From Lama guanicoe (taxonomy: Eukaryota): a stretch of 64,000 nucleotides of DNA. The translations under genes and the position numbers were made by a program. The stretch is taken from assembly GCA_013239625.1 (NCBI GenBank), contig MU053934.1, positions 12,497,413-12,561,412 on the forward strand, read 5' to 3'. The notes beneath the pieces were generated by a model, which was not told where the DNA came from, searched no databases, and saw nothing but the letters and a program-made list of their open reading frames with translations. This document shows positions 36,301 through 49,913 of the stretch, one piece after another (the first letter of the stretch is position 1; every line of letters starts with the position of its first letter).

Positions 36301-39061
36301 ACTTATCCAGGAAAGGCAATCCCATGGTCTCTGCCCCACTCTGCCTCTCTGGTCCTTGCACACCAGGGCAGTGGGTGCATCCTTCAGCCACCCTGGACTG
36401 GTTCTGCACCCAGCCCTTTTGAGCGGTGGCTTTCATGTCCCTCCCTTCTCTGAGCAGCTGCTGCCCTCTGGTGCTCTTGGCTGCTCCCCTGAGTGGCAGC
36501 TGGCCTTGAGCTGACGCCCCTGAGGTCAGGCTGGCCAGCACCAAGGGGCCTGCCTCCCTCTCCCCCCGTGGGTCAGCTCTGTGCCCTAGCCTAGAGCTAA
36601 GAAATCTTTTTATTCGTTATAAGAAAAAACCTTGATACGCTCAGGAAAAAACATTAACATTTGATAACTTTGGTTAGTAGATACATAGATGGTTATCATT
36701 TTTTTTGTATTTTTTAGAGAAAAAGTATCCCACGATCACTAATTTACTAGTTTGTGTGTTCTCTTAACGTTTTTCCTATAATTTTTGCTTTAGTTTTGTC
36801 ATTGAACTACTTGAACTTCCTGTCCCACCCCCAGGGTCCCTGCAGGGTTCTTGGTGTCTGGCCCAGAGCAGAGCTGCTATGGGGGGAGGGGGGAGTTTGC
36901 TGGAGCCTCAGGTGGAGGAGAGAGGGGAATCCAGGCATTTCTCTGCAGGGCATCACCCAGCCCAGGAAGTGCCTGCTGCGGGAGCCTGCCTCCCGGCTGA
37001 AGGTGAGGGGTCATGGGGTCTGGACCCCAGGGAGGGCATGCGTGCTTGAGGCCCACAACCCACCGCCTCACTGCTGCCAGCGCTCTTGGCTGCCAGGCTC
37101 CTAGCCTGAGGCCCTGCACCTGGCTTGTGAGGAATATTCCTTGCCTCATAATTGAACTTCGCGTGGGCATCTCCCTCCGTGTGTGTCCAGACTGGGAGAG
37201 GGTTCCTGTCTACCATATTCTCGTGTCTGCTTGTGCTCTGTGCTCAGGAGACCCCAGACCCCTGGCAGGGCCTGGACCCCTTCGACTCCCTGGACTCTAA
37301 GCCCTTCAGGAAAGGTAACTGGGGGAGGGGCACTCCCTTTGGGCACCCAAGTGGGGCTCACTTGGCCTGCATGGAGCCTGGGGCTCCTGGGGCCTGTGGG
37401 CACAGTGGCCTGCCCTGGGCCATGGTTGTGCTATAAGACTGTCTGCCTGCCCCCAGGTAGGCCCTATTCCGTGCCCCCCTGTGTGGAGGCGGCTCCGGGA
37501 CAGAAGCGCAAGAGGAAGGGCACGGCCAAGCTGCAGGACTTCCACCAGTGGTACCTGGCTGCCTGTGCGTGGGGCTGTGGGCCAGGGCCTGGGCCAGGGC
37601 CAGGGCTGAGGGTCCAGGTGTGGCTTGCGGGCCATTGGCTTAACTCCTGCTGACCCAGTCCTCTTGTAGATGCTGACCACGCTGACAGCAGGAGTCCCCG
37701 GCGTAAGGGCCCCTCCTTTGCAGGTGAGGTGGGGGCCTTCTGTGTGCTCTCCTGGGGGATGAGGGCCCCACTCTGCCGCCTCCCCTCAGCCTAGGAATGC
37801 CCGAGGCCCTGGGTGGACTAGGGTGGACCCAGGCGGGATGTGGGAGCCCCTCTCACGAGGCCTTTGTGTGCAGACATGGAGGATCTGTACTGGAGGCACG
37901 TGAAGGAGCAACTGGAGACCCTGCGGAAGCTGCAGAGGAGGGAGGCAAGTACTGGCCACTGCCTAGACCACACTTGGCCCCACTGGTCGGAGACAGCAGT
38001 GCCTCTCAGATGCCCTCTCTGCACAGGTGGCTGAGCGGTGGCCGCCAAGGACCGAGGAGGGGCTATGGCCTGCAGAGGAGGACCGCCTGGAGGACTCTTT
38101 AGAGGATCTGGGAGTGGCAGGTGGGCACCTACTCGGGCAGGCCAGGTCAGGACTCAGCACCTGCTGCCGGCTGACCGGCTTCCTGCTGGGGTCCTCTGCT
38201 CCCAACAGGTGACTTTCTAGAGCCTGAGGAGTATGCAGAGCCTGAGGGGGCAAAGTCCGAGGAAGATGGAGACCTAGGTAGGTCTGGGAGTGGGCTGCTG
38301 GCTGGCGGGCCATGAGGGGCTCTGAAAACGGGAGGAAGGAGAGATTGTGGCTCACAGCTGCCCACTGTCCAGAAGCAGAAGCCATGCCGGCATCCCTGAG
38401 CTATGAGGAACTGGTCCGAAGGAATGTGGTAGGCCCAGGTGGGAGCTGTGGGGAGTGGGGAGAGGGGCCCCTGCACAGAAGGCGATACAGCCCCTGGCCC
38501 GCCCCTAGGAGCTCTTCATCACCACGTCTCAGAAGTTTGTCCAGGAGACAGAGCTGAGCCAGCGCATCAGGGAGTGGGAAGACACCATCCAACCCCTGCT
38601 CCAGGAGCAGGTGAGGTGGGCTGGTTGGGCCTGTGGCTGAGAACAGGAGCATCCCACTGCCTGGTGGGCTAGCCCCAGGAATGTGCCCCTCCCTTTTGCA
38701 GGAGCAGCACATGCCTTTTGACATCCACACCTATGGGGACCAGGTGGTCTCAAGGTTCAGGCAACTCAACCAGTGGTGTCCCTTTGCGGAGTTGGTGGCC
38801 GGGCAGCCTGCCTTCGAGGTGTGTCGCTCCATGCTGGCCTCCCTGCAGCTGGTGAGTGGCCTAGGAGCCTGTGTGTGGGGAGGGTGGTCCCTAGTCTCTG
38901 CTGATATGTTGTCCCTCCAGGCCAACGACCACACGGTGGAGATCACCCAGCAGCCGGGGCTGGAAGCAGCTGTGGACACCATGTCCCTGAGACTGCTCAC
39001 ATATCAGCGGGCCCACAAGCGCTTCCAGACGTATGCCGCCCCCTCCATGGCCCAGCCCTGA
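27328..39061 (+). CDS. NCAPH2: Condensin II kleisin subunit CAP-H2, about 604 aa, 20 exons
   Basis: Exons 27328-27435, 31891-31992, 34560-34615, 34723-34807, 34883-34951, 35074-35153, 35232-35365, 35659-35742, 36102-36232, 36949-37002, 37248-37314, 37457-37564, 37670-37723, 37874-37944 (GC donor), 38027-38120, 38209-38277, 38373-38428, 38509-38610, 38702-38851, 38921-39061; 1815 nt; [25 protein letters not shown] ... [19 protein letters not shown] 39163-39168. Confidence 0.96.
27800..29215 (+). mobile_element. L2 LINE relic in NCAPH2 intron 1
   Basis: L2 blocks (ctcagtggctttccactgctctcagaataaaatccaaa) and L2 3' end cctagcacatagtaggtgcagaataaatgtttgt. Left boundary approximate. Confidence 0.7.
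28683..28808 (+). mobile_element. tRNA-Ala-derived SINE (camelid vic-1-like), diverged copy inside L2
   Basis: B-box aggtcctgagttcaatccccagtacc, followed by attaaaaataaa...cctaat... tail shared with the other three copies. Confidence 0.8.
29545..29890 (-). mobile_element. L2 3' end plus MIR fragment
   Basis: catccatttattcactca (L2 tail, reverse) and tcatcctcacaagagccctg...agagaggttaa (MIR core). Confidence 0.55.
33610..33791. mobile_element. MER3-like hAT MITE
   Basis: gatggaagt...tctgtgctgtc...tttaaattaaattt...agccacacgtggct match recalled MER3 consensus. Confidence 0.65.
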
Positions 39062-39356
39062 GTAGGGAGCACTGAGACCATGAGTGGGCCCTGGAGCCCT
39101 GTCCGCCACGGTGCTGGGCATGCATCTGCTCACCTCGCCTTGCTTCCTGGCTGGCCCAGCCTAATAAAGTGTTGCCATCCCACCAACCCCTTAAAAAACC
39201 TTTACAAAACTGTTCTGTGTGGAGGAAAGGGCTGGCCATCTCCTGCACCTCAGGGAGCAACCAGGTCCTGAGCCCCTTTTCTGCACTGGCCTCTGAAGGC
39301 TGCTGGTACAGACCACACGCACACACCACTGGGTCACATCCCTTTAATGACCCTGT

Positions 39357-40157
39357 TCAGTGCAGGATGCTGCGGAAGGCAGCCATGTGGCGCCGCACGC
39401 TGTCTGCAATCTGCTCAGCTGACCTGGCCCTGCTGTAATAGTCTGTGAAGAGGCCGTCAGGGCTAAGCAAATAGATGGCGATGGAGTGGTCCACGATGTA
39501 ATCCTGGTCCTCGTCCTTGGGGCCAGCGCTGTAATACACGCGGTAGCTGCGGCTGACCTCGGCAATCTGCTCAGCTGAGCCAGTCAGGCCCAGCAGCCTT
39601 GGGTGGAAGTCCTGCACGTAGCGGGCCATGGCGGCCACGTCATCCCGCTCAGGGTCCACGGTGATAAAGAGGGGCTGCACGGGGGGCAGGCCAGGCTCTG
39701 TCTCCAGCTGCCTCACCACCTGCACCAGCTTCTCCAGCTCATCTGGGCAGATGTCGGGGCAGTGAGTGAAGCCAAAGTACATTAGCACCCACTGGCCCCG
39801 GAAGTCGGCTTTGCAGCGAGCCTGGCCCCAGTGGTCCAGCAGGCTGAAGTCACCCTGGCCCACAGCAGCCTGACGCAGGGCCTCTGTCCGCTGTTGCTGC
39901 CGCCGCTGCTCCTTTTCTGCCCTTGCAGCCAGCCAGGCCCCACCTAGCCCAGCCCCAAACAAGGCTGTGATCAGCAGCCTAGTTCGTAGCCCAGGACCCT
40001 GGGGCTGGCCCTGCCTGCCAGCCTCCACAGGGCCCTGCCTTGACAGGAGCCGGCACCTCACATGTGGGGCCTTGCCTCCTGGGGTCCTGGGGAGGGCAGG
40101 AGGCTTGAGCTGAAAGAGCCCGTGCCAAGCCTTGGGTGCCCGAGCCAGCAGCAGCAT
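39357..40157 (-). CDS. SCO2: Cytochrome c oxidase assembly copper chaperone SCO2, 266 aa, single coding exon
   Basis: [11 protein letters not shown]..., TM segment, [17 protein letters not shown] (CxxxC), DYIVDHS (Cu-ligand His); acceptor tcttttccag 13 nt before the ATG (exon starts 40170); ATTAAA on minus 39348-39343. Confidence 0.98.
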   Translation of the reverse strand: MLLLARAPKAWHGLFQLKPPALPRTPGGKAPHVRCRLLSRQGPVEAGRQGQPQGPGLRTRLLITALFGAGLGGAWLAARAEKEQRRQQQRTEALRQAAVGQGDFSLLDHWGQARCKADFRGQWVLMYFGFTHCPDICPDELEKLVQVVRQLETEPGLPPVQPLFITVDPERDDVAAMARYVQDFHPRLLGLTGSAEQIAEVSRSYRVYYSAGPKDEDQDYIVDHSIAIYLLSPDGLFTDYYSRARSAEQIADSVRRHMAAFRSILH

Positions 40158-41199
40158 GGACCTGGTGCTCCTGGAAAAGAGCATAGGTTTTGGAGCCAGG
40201 AGGTGCCTCGGCCTCCTGGGTCATCCTCCATCATTCTGGGGAGACTCGCCACCATCTTAAGGACCAACCCCAAACGGGCTCAGCTGGGCTCAGAAGTGCT
40301 TCACCTCTGAAACTTTGCACTCTGGCCTAGGTGTTATCAAATGTCCCTGCCTGTTTCTCTTGTCCTCCAGCCTGAGACCCTCATCCATCTCATCCCACCT
40401 GGCCCCTGCCCCCTGGTCCTGCTGCTGGCTGGCCTGCTCCTGCAGCTCTAACCAGCCTAGCCCAGCGCTGCCTGTATCTGAGTGAGCTGACTGAAAGCAT
40501 TCCAAGTGCATGCTTGCTGGGATTCCTGAGCATATTAATCTGTGTGCAATAAACTCCCATTTCTTGACAGGAAGTGGGTGAGTCTCTGGCTTCAATCCCC
40601 AAAGACTGACTCCGACCCTTTTGCAGCCTTTCTCTGAGGACGGCTCCAACCATGGAGCTTTGGTTCCCTCCCCAGGCTCAGCCGAAACCCACCGTCACCC
40701 ACACCCAGTCTGCAGTTACCTCCTGATGCCGCTCCGCCGCCCCTTCCACCCTGAACCTTTCTGGCTGGTGGTCACCTGGAAGGGAAACAAGGTTTCCACT
40801 TGTCTGGAGCCTACCTTGTCCACAGCCGGGTTTCCGACAGCAGCTCTGGGCTGGCGGCCCACGCTCTGCTGTTGCTTCGGTGACCTCCGACCCTTTCTCA
40901 GGGTCCGCTGGAGGTTTGCTAGTTGGAGGTCTTAGGACTCCGCCTTACCCGCTCCGCTGCTGCTGGAAGGGCCTTCTCGAAGGCTACTAAATGTCCGGTC
41001 TCTGCCCGGTCCAAAGGTTCCTGGGCTTGGGCTCTGGGCTGGATGACCTTGGACACGTCCCTTAGTCTGTCTACATCAGCTTCCTCCTTTGCAAAATGCG
41101 CTGTAAGCGGTGCATGAGATGGGCCTGCAAGCGAAGGCAGCCTGTGGACGTTTCCAGGGCCCCTCTCCTCCAGAAGGCCCCTCTTCTCAAGGAGCCCCC

Positions 41200-41620
41200 T
41201 CCAGAGCGCCCTCCCGGAACGCGCCGCGCGGGCTGGGCTTCCAGGTCCTCCGGGCGCCGGCGTCGATGCCGCGTGCCTGTGGATGAGACCCAGGAAGCAG
41301 AGCTTGGCGCCCGCGCTGCTCGGTCCCTGGGCGTATGCGTCAACGGCGTCGCGCTCGCGCAGACGAGCGTGGAGCCAGCAGTCGCCGGGCCGTGCGCATG
41401 CGCCAAAGGTGCAGGACCCCCGCCAGAAGTCACGTGTCGGAGGGCGGTGCGAGGAAGCCCCGCCCATCCTCGGCGGCCACGCCTCGCCCGGCGCTGTCTC
41501 CACTCGCCCGCGGTTTCCACCTTCTCGCTCCCGGCCCCCGTGGCGCCGGGCACCCGCACCAATGAACGCCTCTCGGGGTTAGTTGCCACGTGTCAGCCAG
41601 CTCGCGGGCGCGGGGGGCTG
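41200..41620 (-). promoter_or_regulatory. CpG-island promoter of SCO2
   Basis: NRF1 site TGCGCATGCGC 41393-41403, E-boxes GTCACGTG 41429-41436 and CACGTG 41587-41592, GC box near 41460; typical of nuclear-encoded mitochondrial genes. Confidence 0.75.
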
Positions 41621-41689
41621 GGGGTGAAAAGCTGGGCTCAGGAAGGGAGGGGCATGGGCTACTGGACGGACGGACGTCTCTGGGCGTAG

Positions 41690-44530
41690 GGCTGAGCCAG
41701 AGCGGGTGCCCCTCTACCAGTCCCCTCACCGAGCCTGGTGACGGGTGACTGGGTCCGCAGGCCCGGGGGCCTCCGCACAGCAGCGCCTCCTCCACTCCAG
41801 GGAGTGGCCTACACTGGGGTTGTCCTTGGCGGTCAGAGCAACCGCCCCGCGCCAACCTGAGGAGACACGGCTCAGCGTAGACCCGCCCAGGATCTTGCGT
41901 GTCGTCAGAATTCAGTCCTTGATGCATCTTTGGTTGCCAGTTCCCGTGGAGTGAGGGGATCTCAGAAGGCTTGGGAGGGGACGGGAGAGACCTGAAGCAG
42001 GCAGTGTGCTTGACTTAAGCGGTGGAGGTCAGGAAAGCCTTGTATCTGGCCCGGGCGGGAGGGTTTCCCCAGACCAGATCAGCCTTGCTCAGATAAAGCT
42101 GAAGAAGGAGGAATGCCAGCACGGAGTCCAGTCCCAGCAGAGGCAGGGTGAGACAGGGCTGCTGAGAGGACTAAAAGGTTCGTGGGGACCAGGCTGCCCA
42201 AGTTATAAAGGGGAGTTTGGGGCCACCTGAGATCCACACCATCAGAGAGGACACAACCACACGGCGACTCCTACGGAGAGGCCACACAGGCTCCAGCAGG
42301 CACTGGTGCTTGTCCGCTCCCACGCTGTGCCTGAGTAGGGACGACTGCGGTTTCCCTGAACTTCCTGTCTACCACCAGAGCAGACAGGCTGGCTGTCGCC
42401 TTCTCACTGAGGATGGGGGCTGTGGGGGAGGCTACGGGTCTGGAGATGATGGAGATCCTGGAGCTTCCCGGGAGATGTGGGGGGATGCTGAATCTCCGGT
42501 CTGTCATGAGGGGTCAGGGATCCAGAGCATGGGGTAAAGTTCCCTATGTGATGGATGACAGGTTGTGCATCAGTCAGGTCACCCTCTTGAGTGGGTGATC
42601 AGGTATCCTGTGATGAGGATACACTGACCCTGGGTTTGGGTCAAATCACCAGTGATTGTGTGTGTTTGCAGGTTGGGGTCTTTAACATGCAGGAGGTGGA
42701 GTCTGGGGTGAGGTCACCTGTGATGAGTGGCAGGCTGTCGACGGTGTCTGTTACATCTCTTGCTTCATACAGGATTCCATCTGCAAGAACCAGCTTCCTG
42801 CTCTGACCCACAATACAGCAGCTACCTGCCCCGGCAGCCCTTGCATCTGGCCAGCCCCCCCCACCCCGCATCAGGGCTGTTGGTGACCTTCAGTGGCCTC
42901 TGATCAGAAACCTTATCACTGACCCCGACTGAAAACTCATCAGCAACCTTGACAAAATGTTCAAAATCATGACCAGTGACTTAGAAATGATTCTGGTAAG
43001 TCCTCACTAATGACTCATCCAGAATATTGATCAATGTCCTGTGGCTCATTAATGATTAATCAGTTAATCAGTATTTTACAAAGTCCCTATTAATGACTTC
43101 AATCAAATTTCCATTGATGATCTTGACCAAAGTCCTAGGGCCCATGAATAACTGGTCAATATCCTCACTAATGATCTTCTAGAGAGTCTGGCCAATGTAT
43201 CCATCAATAACCCAGGTCAATGACCCATCAGTGGCCCACCTGTACCTGCTCTGGGCTCCAGGTGACACTGAATCCAGAAATATTCAAGGTGCTCCCCATG
43301 TGCCCCAGACCATGTCCACTGATCATTGGTACACGCTGGACAGGGATGCTGAGTACACCTGCATAGTCACCTCCCCACCCCCACATTTCTCCTTACCTTC
43401 CCTGGTTAGAACTTCAACTGGAGTTAAGTATTTACTAAGCAGTGTAGTAGTGGGTATTCAACTGGAGAGGAAACTGAAAACAGATCGTCCTGGTTTGGGA
43501 TGCGGGTGTCAGTGGGGGAGGAGGCAAGTACCTCTCGCTTGAGGCATAAGTCTGGGGGTGGAGGGGTAGCAGTACCGGCTCTTCCTTTGGGAGTCCTGCC
43601 TGCGGAATCTAGGAGGGAGAGCTGGAAGACTTGTTCCTGTTCTTGGGGGTTGATGGGAAGGGAGATTCAGGTTCTGCCCTGGGGTCCTGTTTGGGCCAGG
43701 CTTGAATTGGGCTGCTGACCTCTTTGAGGTCAGAGTTTCTGGTCTTGAGAGGAGGCATCTTTTAACCTTGCAGCCACAGGCAGGCAGGGCAGGTGCCATG
43801 ACTCTGCCTCAGGGCACGTTTGTCCCCGAGCTATTGGCACCAGGCCACTCCAGCTGCTGCCCAGACTTGCCCAGGACGGGTCAGCGCTGCAGTCTCCACC
43901 AGATCCATGCCTCGCAGGCGGATGGCAAGATCATGGCCCCTAGGCGTGGGTACAGTGGTGTAGGCAGCACAAGGAGGGGGGGGCGTTCCCCCTGCAGTAG
44001 GTTATCCCGAGTGGCAGTGGCAGTGGTGGGGCGCTATGGCGTCGCCGGGGGCAGGCAGTCTCTGGGCCTGACCTTTGGGTCGGAGTCAGGGGCGGCCAGC
44101 CGTCGCCACGCATGGATTTGCGCGCCCTGTGCCTTCCAGGACAGCACTCACGAAACCCCTGACTTCAGTACGGCAGTTGCTTGGGCTCCGGCTCCCTCCC
44201 TGGGAGAGTTCAGCAGATGCAACTGGGGCAGGTGGGGACAGGCGTCCGCAACTACTCCGGGCTGCGACACACTTGGAACCTGTCACCGCCCTGTGTCCGT
44301 GTCACTGCAGCCAGGCTCACTTGTCCCGACCCGGTTCCCGTTTTTCTCTCGTGTAGTCCCCTCAGTCCAGTGTCTGTGTCGCCCGTGTGCATGTCTCCGT
44401 GTCTGGCTCCCACATCTCGGTCTCACAACTGACCCCGGTCCGTACCTGTCCTGCACAGATGCCCTAGCCCGTCTTTCGAATCCTAGCGGGTTCCTCCCTG
44501 TCTTGCCGGCGGCCACAGCGTGGGAGCGGC
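41690..44530 (-). pseudogene. TYMP: Thymidine phosphorylase unitary pseudogene (intron-containing, syntenic position)
   Basis: Exon relics: 44261-44114 (EPKQLP..EVRGFVSAV..AQGAQI; no ATG; donor reads ATGCGT), 43939-43767 (AIRLRGMDLVET..SGQQLEWP..APALPACGCK; frameshifts, TAG at 43833-43831), 43332-43246 (VPMISGHGLGHMGSTL..SPEQ), 42846-42718 ([34 protein letters not shown]; 1-nt deletion), 42419-~42301 (PILSEK..LSALVVDRKF), 41856-41730 (ALTAKDNP..VGHSL..VEEALLC; several indels), ~41712-41690 (LWLS). Later exons not recognisable. Confidence 0.95.
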
Positions 44531-44720
44531 GGGATGGCGCCTCCGGCCAGAGCCACGGAGGGGCGGGGCCTCACGGCCAGGCGGGGCTCTGGGCCAATCA
44601 CCGCCTCGGAGGGGCGGGTATCCTGACCAATCGCGAGGGCCCGCTTGCTGCCTCTCTTGCCCGCCCGCCGCGCCGCAAGCAGAGGGAAGGCGACACGCTG
44701 CTGGCTCCGGAATCTTTTAA
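44446..44720 (-). promoter_or_regulatory. Retained TYMP promoter and non-coding exon 1
   Basis: CpG-rich; CCAAT at 44594-44598 and 44627-44631, each next to a GC box (44560-44568, 44611-44618); donor CAG|GTACG at 44446/44445. Confidence 0.7.
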
Positions 44721-44755
44721 GAAAAACATTTGTGGGGCCGCGCCCGCCCGGCCGA

Positions 44756-46861
<2,106 letters not shown>

Positions 46862-46929
46862 TCACCGTTTCACGGGCTTCACTAGACCCATTCCAGAAAT
46901 GGACAGATCTGCAGACAGAAGCTAGTGGG

Positions 46930-47410
46930 AGAATAAAGAAATCAAGCTCAGTTTAATTATTATGTGTAGAGAGAGAACTTTGCATCTATTTAAGCCCATG
47001 GAATAGTTGCAGAAAATAACCATGTACCAGGCCACAAAAAAGCCCATTCAGGTTGAATAAAGAGCTGTCTATAATAGGACACATTATCTGATCACAATCC
47101 AAAACAATTCTAAGCAAACAGTAAAATATTTTTTAAAAAGTTAATTACTTGGAAATTAACAGATTCTCTTTGAAAATGCCCTGGATCAAAGAGAAACTCA
47201 AATGTGAAGTTACAAATTATACATAGAACTGCAAAGGCAGATCCCTTCACACCCAGCTTTAGAAGACATAGCTAAAGCTGTGTTCAGAGGAAAACATATA
47301 GCCATAAGTGACTTCATTATTAATGAAGAAAAATTTTAAATAAAGACACTTAGCATTTATCTTACAAACATTAGAAAAAAGAACAGTCAAGTAACCTAAA
47401 AGAATGGATC
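46930..47410 (+). mobile_element. Ancient L1 ORF2 endonuclease-region fragment
   Basis: A-rich; ccatgtaccaggccacaaaa, tctgatcacaat, gctaaagctgtgttcagaggaaaa correspond to L1 EN motifs (H.LGHK, SDHN, AKAV.RGK). Confidence 0.7.
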
Positions 47411-48679
47411 TATTCTGCCAACTTGGCCACTTGCCTACCTCCCCGTGGAAAAGAAGGGCCAGGAGGACTGCCCAGTGATCTGGTGGGAATTCCTAGCCTG
47501 TGACCAGAGCTCTCAGCCAGTGCGCCTATGGAGTGAGAACCAAGACCAGGGTTGCTGGGAGCCCCTGTGGTCTGGAGCCTCCAAGGGGTCTCCTAGGGTT
47601 GAAAGGGAGAAGCCGGCAAGGGTGCCTTGGTAGAGAGTCTTAAAACAATACTCAAAGTGTTCCAAAGTTGACCTGCTTTTTAGCATCCTCATGAGCCCAG
47701 CAGCTCTAAAGAACGTTAGACATAAAATATTCCTCCCTTCAAATCTTTATTGTTTTAAACAATATTGTGGTCACTACTGAGTTTTAGTAGCATATGCGTA
47801 CGTTTCCAATTAGCAACTTGTATTATCCTTTCCCCTTTAGTGAACATATTGTGTATAGAAATTAATTTAGAGGACTTCAGCTTGATGGTTGGCAGACAAG
47901 CTTTCCTTGGGAGGGTAACTGTGTCATGCTTGGGTATCACGAGTGGTCTTCAGAGCTCAGGCCTGGGCAGTTAAGGTCTCCTCTCCCTGTTACAACACAT
48001 ATTTCTCCCTTTAAGTAGTAGATTTGAGATGAAAAATGATACCAGAGCAATTGTTACAGGAAGAAACAGAACTTGAGTTCTCTTTACTCTTTTTTTTCTA
48101 CCTGACCACTGAGAGTCTTTGCGTCTAACATCTAAAATAGTGAAGTAGGGCAAACTGCAAAGTAATTGTTTTGTTGAAAGGTTTTGTTGGTGCAAACTTT
48201 ATTTCATGTGTGAATTATTTGACTGAATTTGAATATTTTTAAGATTGAAAATTATTATTTAGAAGCCACAAATTTAATGGCTAGTAAGAAGTAAAAAATA
48301 AGTCAATAAAGTAATCATTATTGCTGCTTATTCCACGATTATTACTGAAAATCATACTGCTCTATAGAAGAGTGGGTGCTAACAAAGGATCTACTCAGGG
48401 GCCAGATTCATCAGGTCGGTGCAAACATTTCGTCTTTCGGCATATTTTGCTTAATTGCTTGCCTCAAAAGTGCATTCTCTTAGAATGCTGGCCAGTGAGG
48501 GAAGGAACTGTCTCCTTTGTTCACTGTCATGTCCCATGAGGTGACAAACATTTTATGAATAAGTAAATGAATTTACACTTTCTCCAATGGATTATGAATG
48601 TTTCTATTTCTGAAACCCTAGCCAGTGAAAGTTAAGTTCAACCTTTTATATAATGGTAGCCAAGTAGGATTTATAAAGC

Positions 48680-48890
48680 CTGTGTTATACGGCAGGCATT
48701 ATTCTGAATACTGATTTACCAAAATTATTTTGTTTAATCTTCACACCAAAGCTCTGAGTCAAGTGCTATTATTTATTCCAGTTTTGCAGGCAAAGAAACT
48801 GAGGCACGAAGGGCTACATGTTTAGAAAGTGGTGGGACTGAAATTCGGACTTGGACTGTGGCTCCCACCACAGAATCTCTAACCCTTGGC
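48680..48890 (-). mobile_element. MIR SINE
   Basis: tttaatcttcacacc...ttttgcaggcaaagaaactgaggcac MIR core. Confidence 0.7.
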
Positions 48891-49876
48891 CCTTCTGGGA
48901 TGAAAAGAGATTATTGTTCTGCTGAGATTTCATTTCAGTGGTTTTAGAAGAATAGATTGTTTCATATATTTATTCGCCACATGTATTACGGTGAACTGCC
49001 CGTTCGTGTGTTTTGGCCAATTTTTCTGTTGGCTTTGTGGTATTTTCTTATTGATTTGTAAGATATTTTTATGTTACATATGTTAACTTTTGGGGGATCA
49101 TATGTTTTCTGGATTTGTTATTTTCCTTTCTATTTTGTTATTGGTAATCTTTTGCTTGTCAAAAGAATTCCATCTTTATAAGGTCTAGTATGTTTAAACT
49201 ATATTGATTTCCGATAGAGTAAGTACCTTTTCTTTTGCCCTCCTTCCTCAAAATTTCTTGGTTAATTGTATGCATTTTTTTCTAGGTGAACTTCTGAATC
49301 ATTTGAAATTGACTGGGATTGCACTGATTGTATAGATTAATTGGGGCAATGACTGGCTGGTTTATAGTTTTGAGTTTACCAATTTAGGAACAGGTTGTAT
49401 TTTTTCTAGGTCCAAGTTGGAGCTGTTGTGACTTGGACTAAAACAGTGATGGTGAAGACAGAGAAGGAGGTGGCTGGAGATATGTTTCAGAGGTAGAACT
49501 GAGCTGCTCTGGTGACATGTTGGACATCAGAGAGAAGGGCAGGTAGGAGTCACCTCTTGTTTTTTGGCTTGGTCACTGTGTGCCTGTTACCAATTCATGT
49601 TCTCATGTGACAGCTGCTCTTATGCACCAGCTCTGACCTGCAGCCTCTTTCCTCACCAGCAGCTGCACATTTTTTGTGGAAGCCTTGCCCCTCCAAGGAG
49701 CTGTAAGCCTCACTGTGCAGCAGGGAGCAGGGCTCTTCCAGATTCCCCAGCCCTTCAGCCCTTCAGCCCTTCAGCCCCACAGGTAGTACCAACTGCCGGC
49801 ACTGGATGCTTCTGTAACCCTTGGAGTCTCTCTTACCTACTTAGTAGGTAACCTCCTTTTACTTGTTAACAATTCC

Positions 49877-49913
49877 ATATATATATGTATGTGTATATAT
49901 ATATATATATATA
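49877..49913. repeat. (TA)n microsatellite
   Basis: atatatatatgtatgtgtatatatatatatatatata. Confidence 0.85.

Noticed and set aside
40158..40184. Upstream in-frame ATG extending SCO2 to 275 aa
   Set aside because: Lies upstream of the acceptor at 40171, so it is intronic; the 266-aa form matches the known length.
42880..43230. AT-rich stretch rich in TGAC/AATGA words in TYMP intron 4
   Set aside because: No fixed period or repeat-spacer structure; looks like decayed low-complexity intron.
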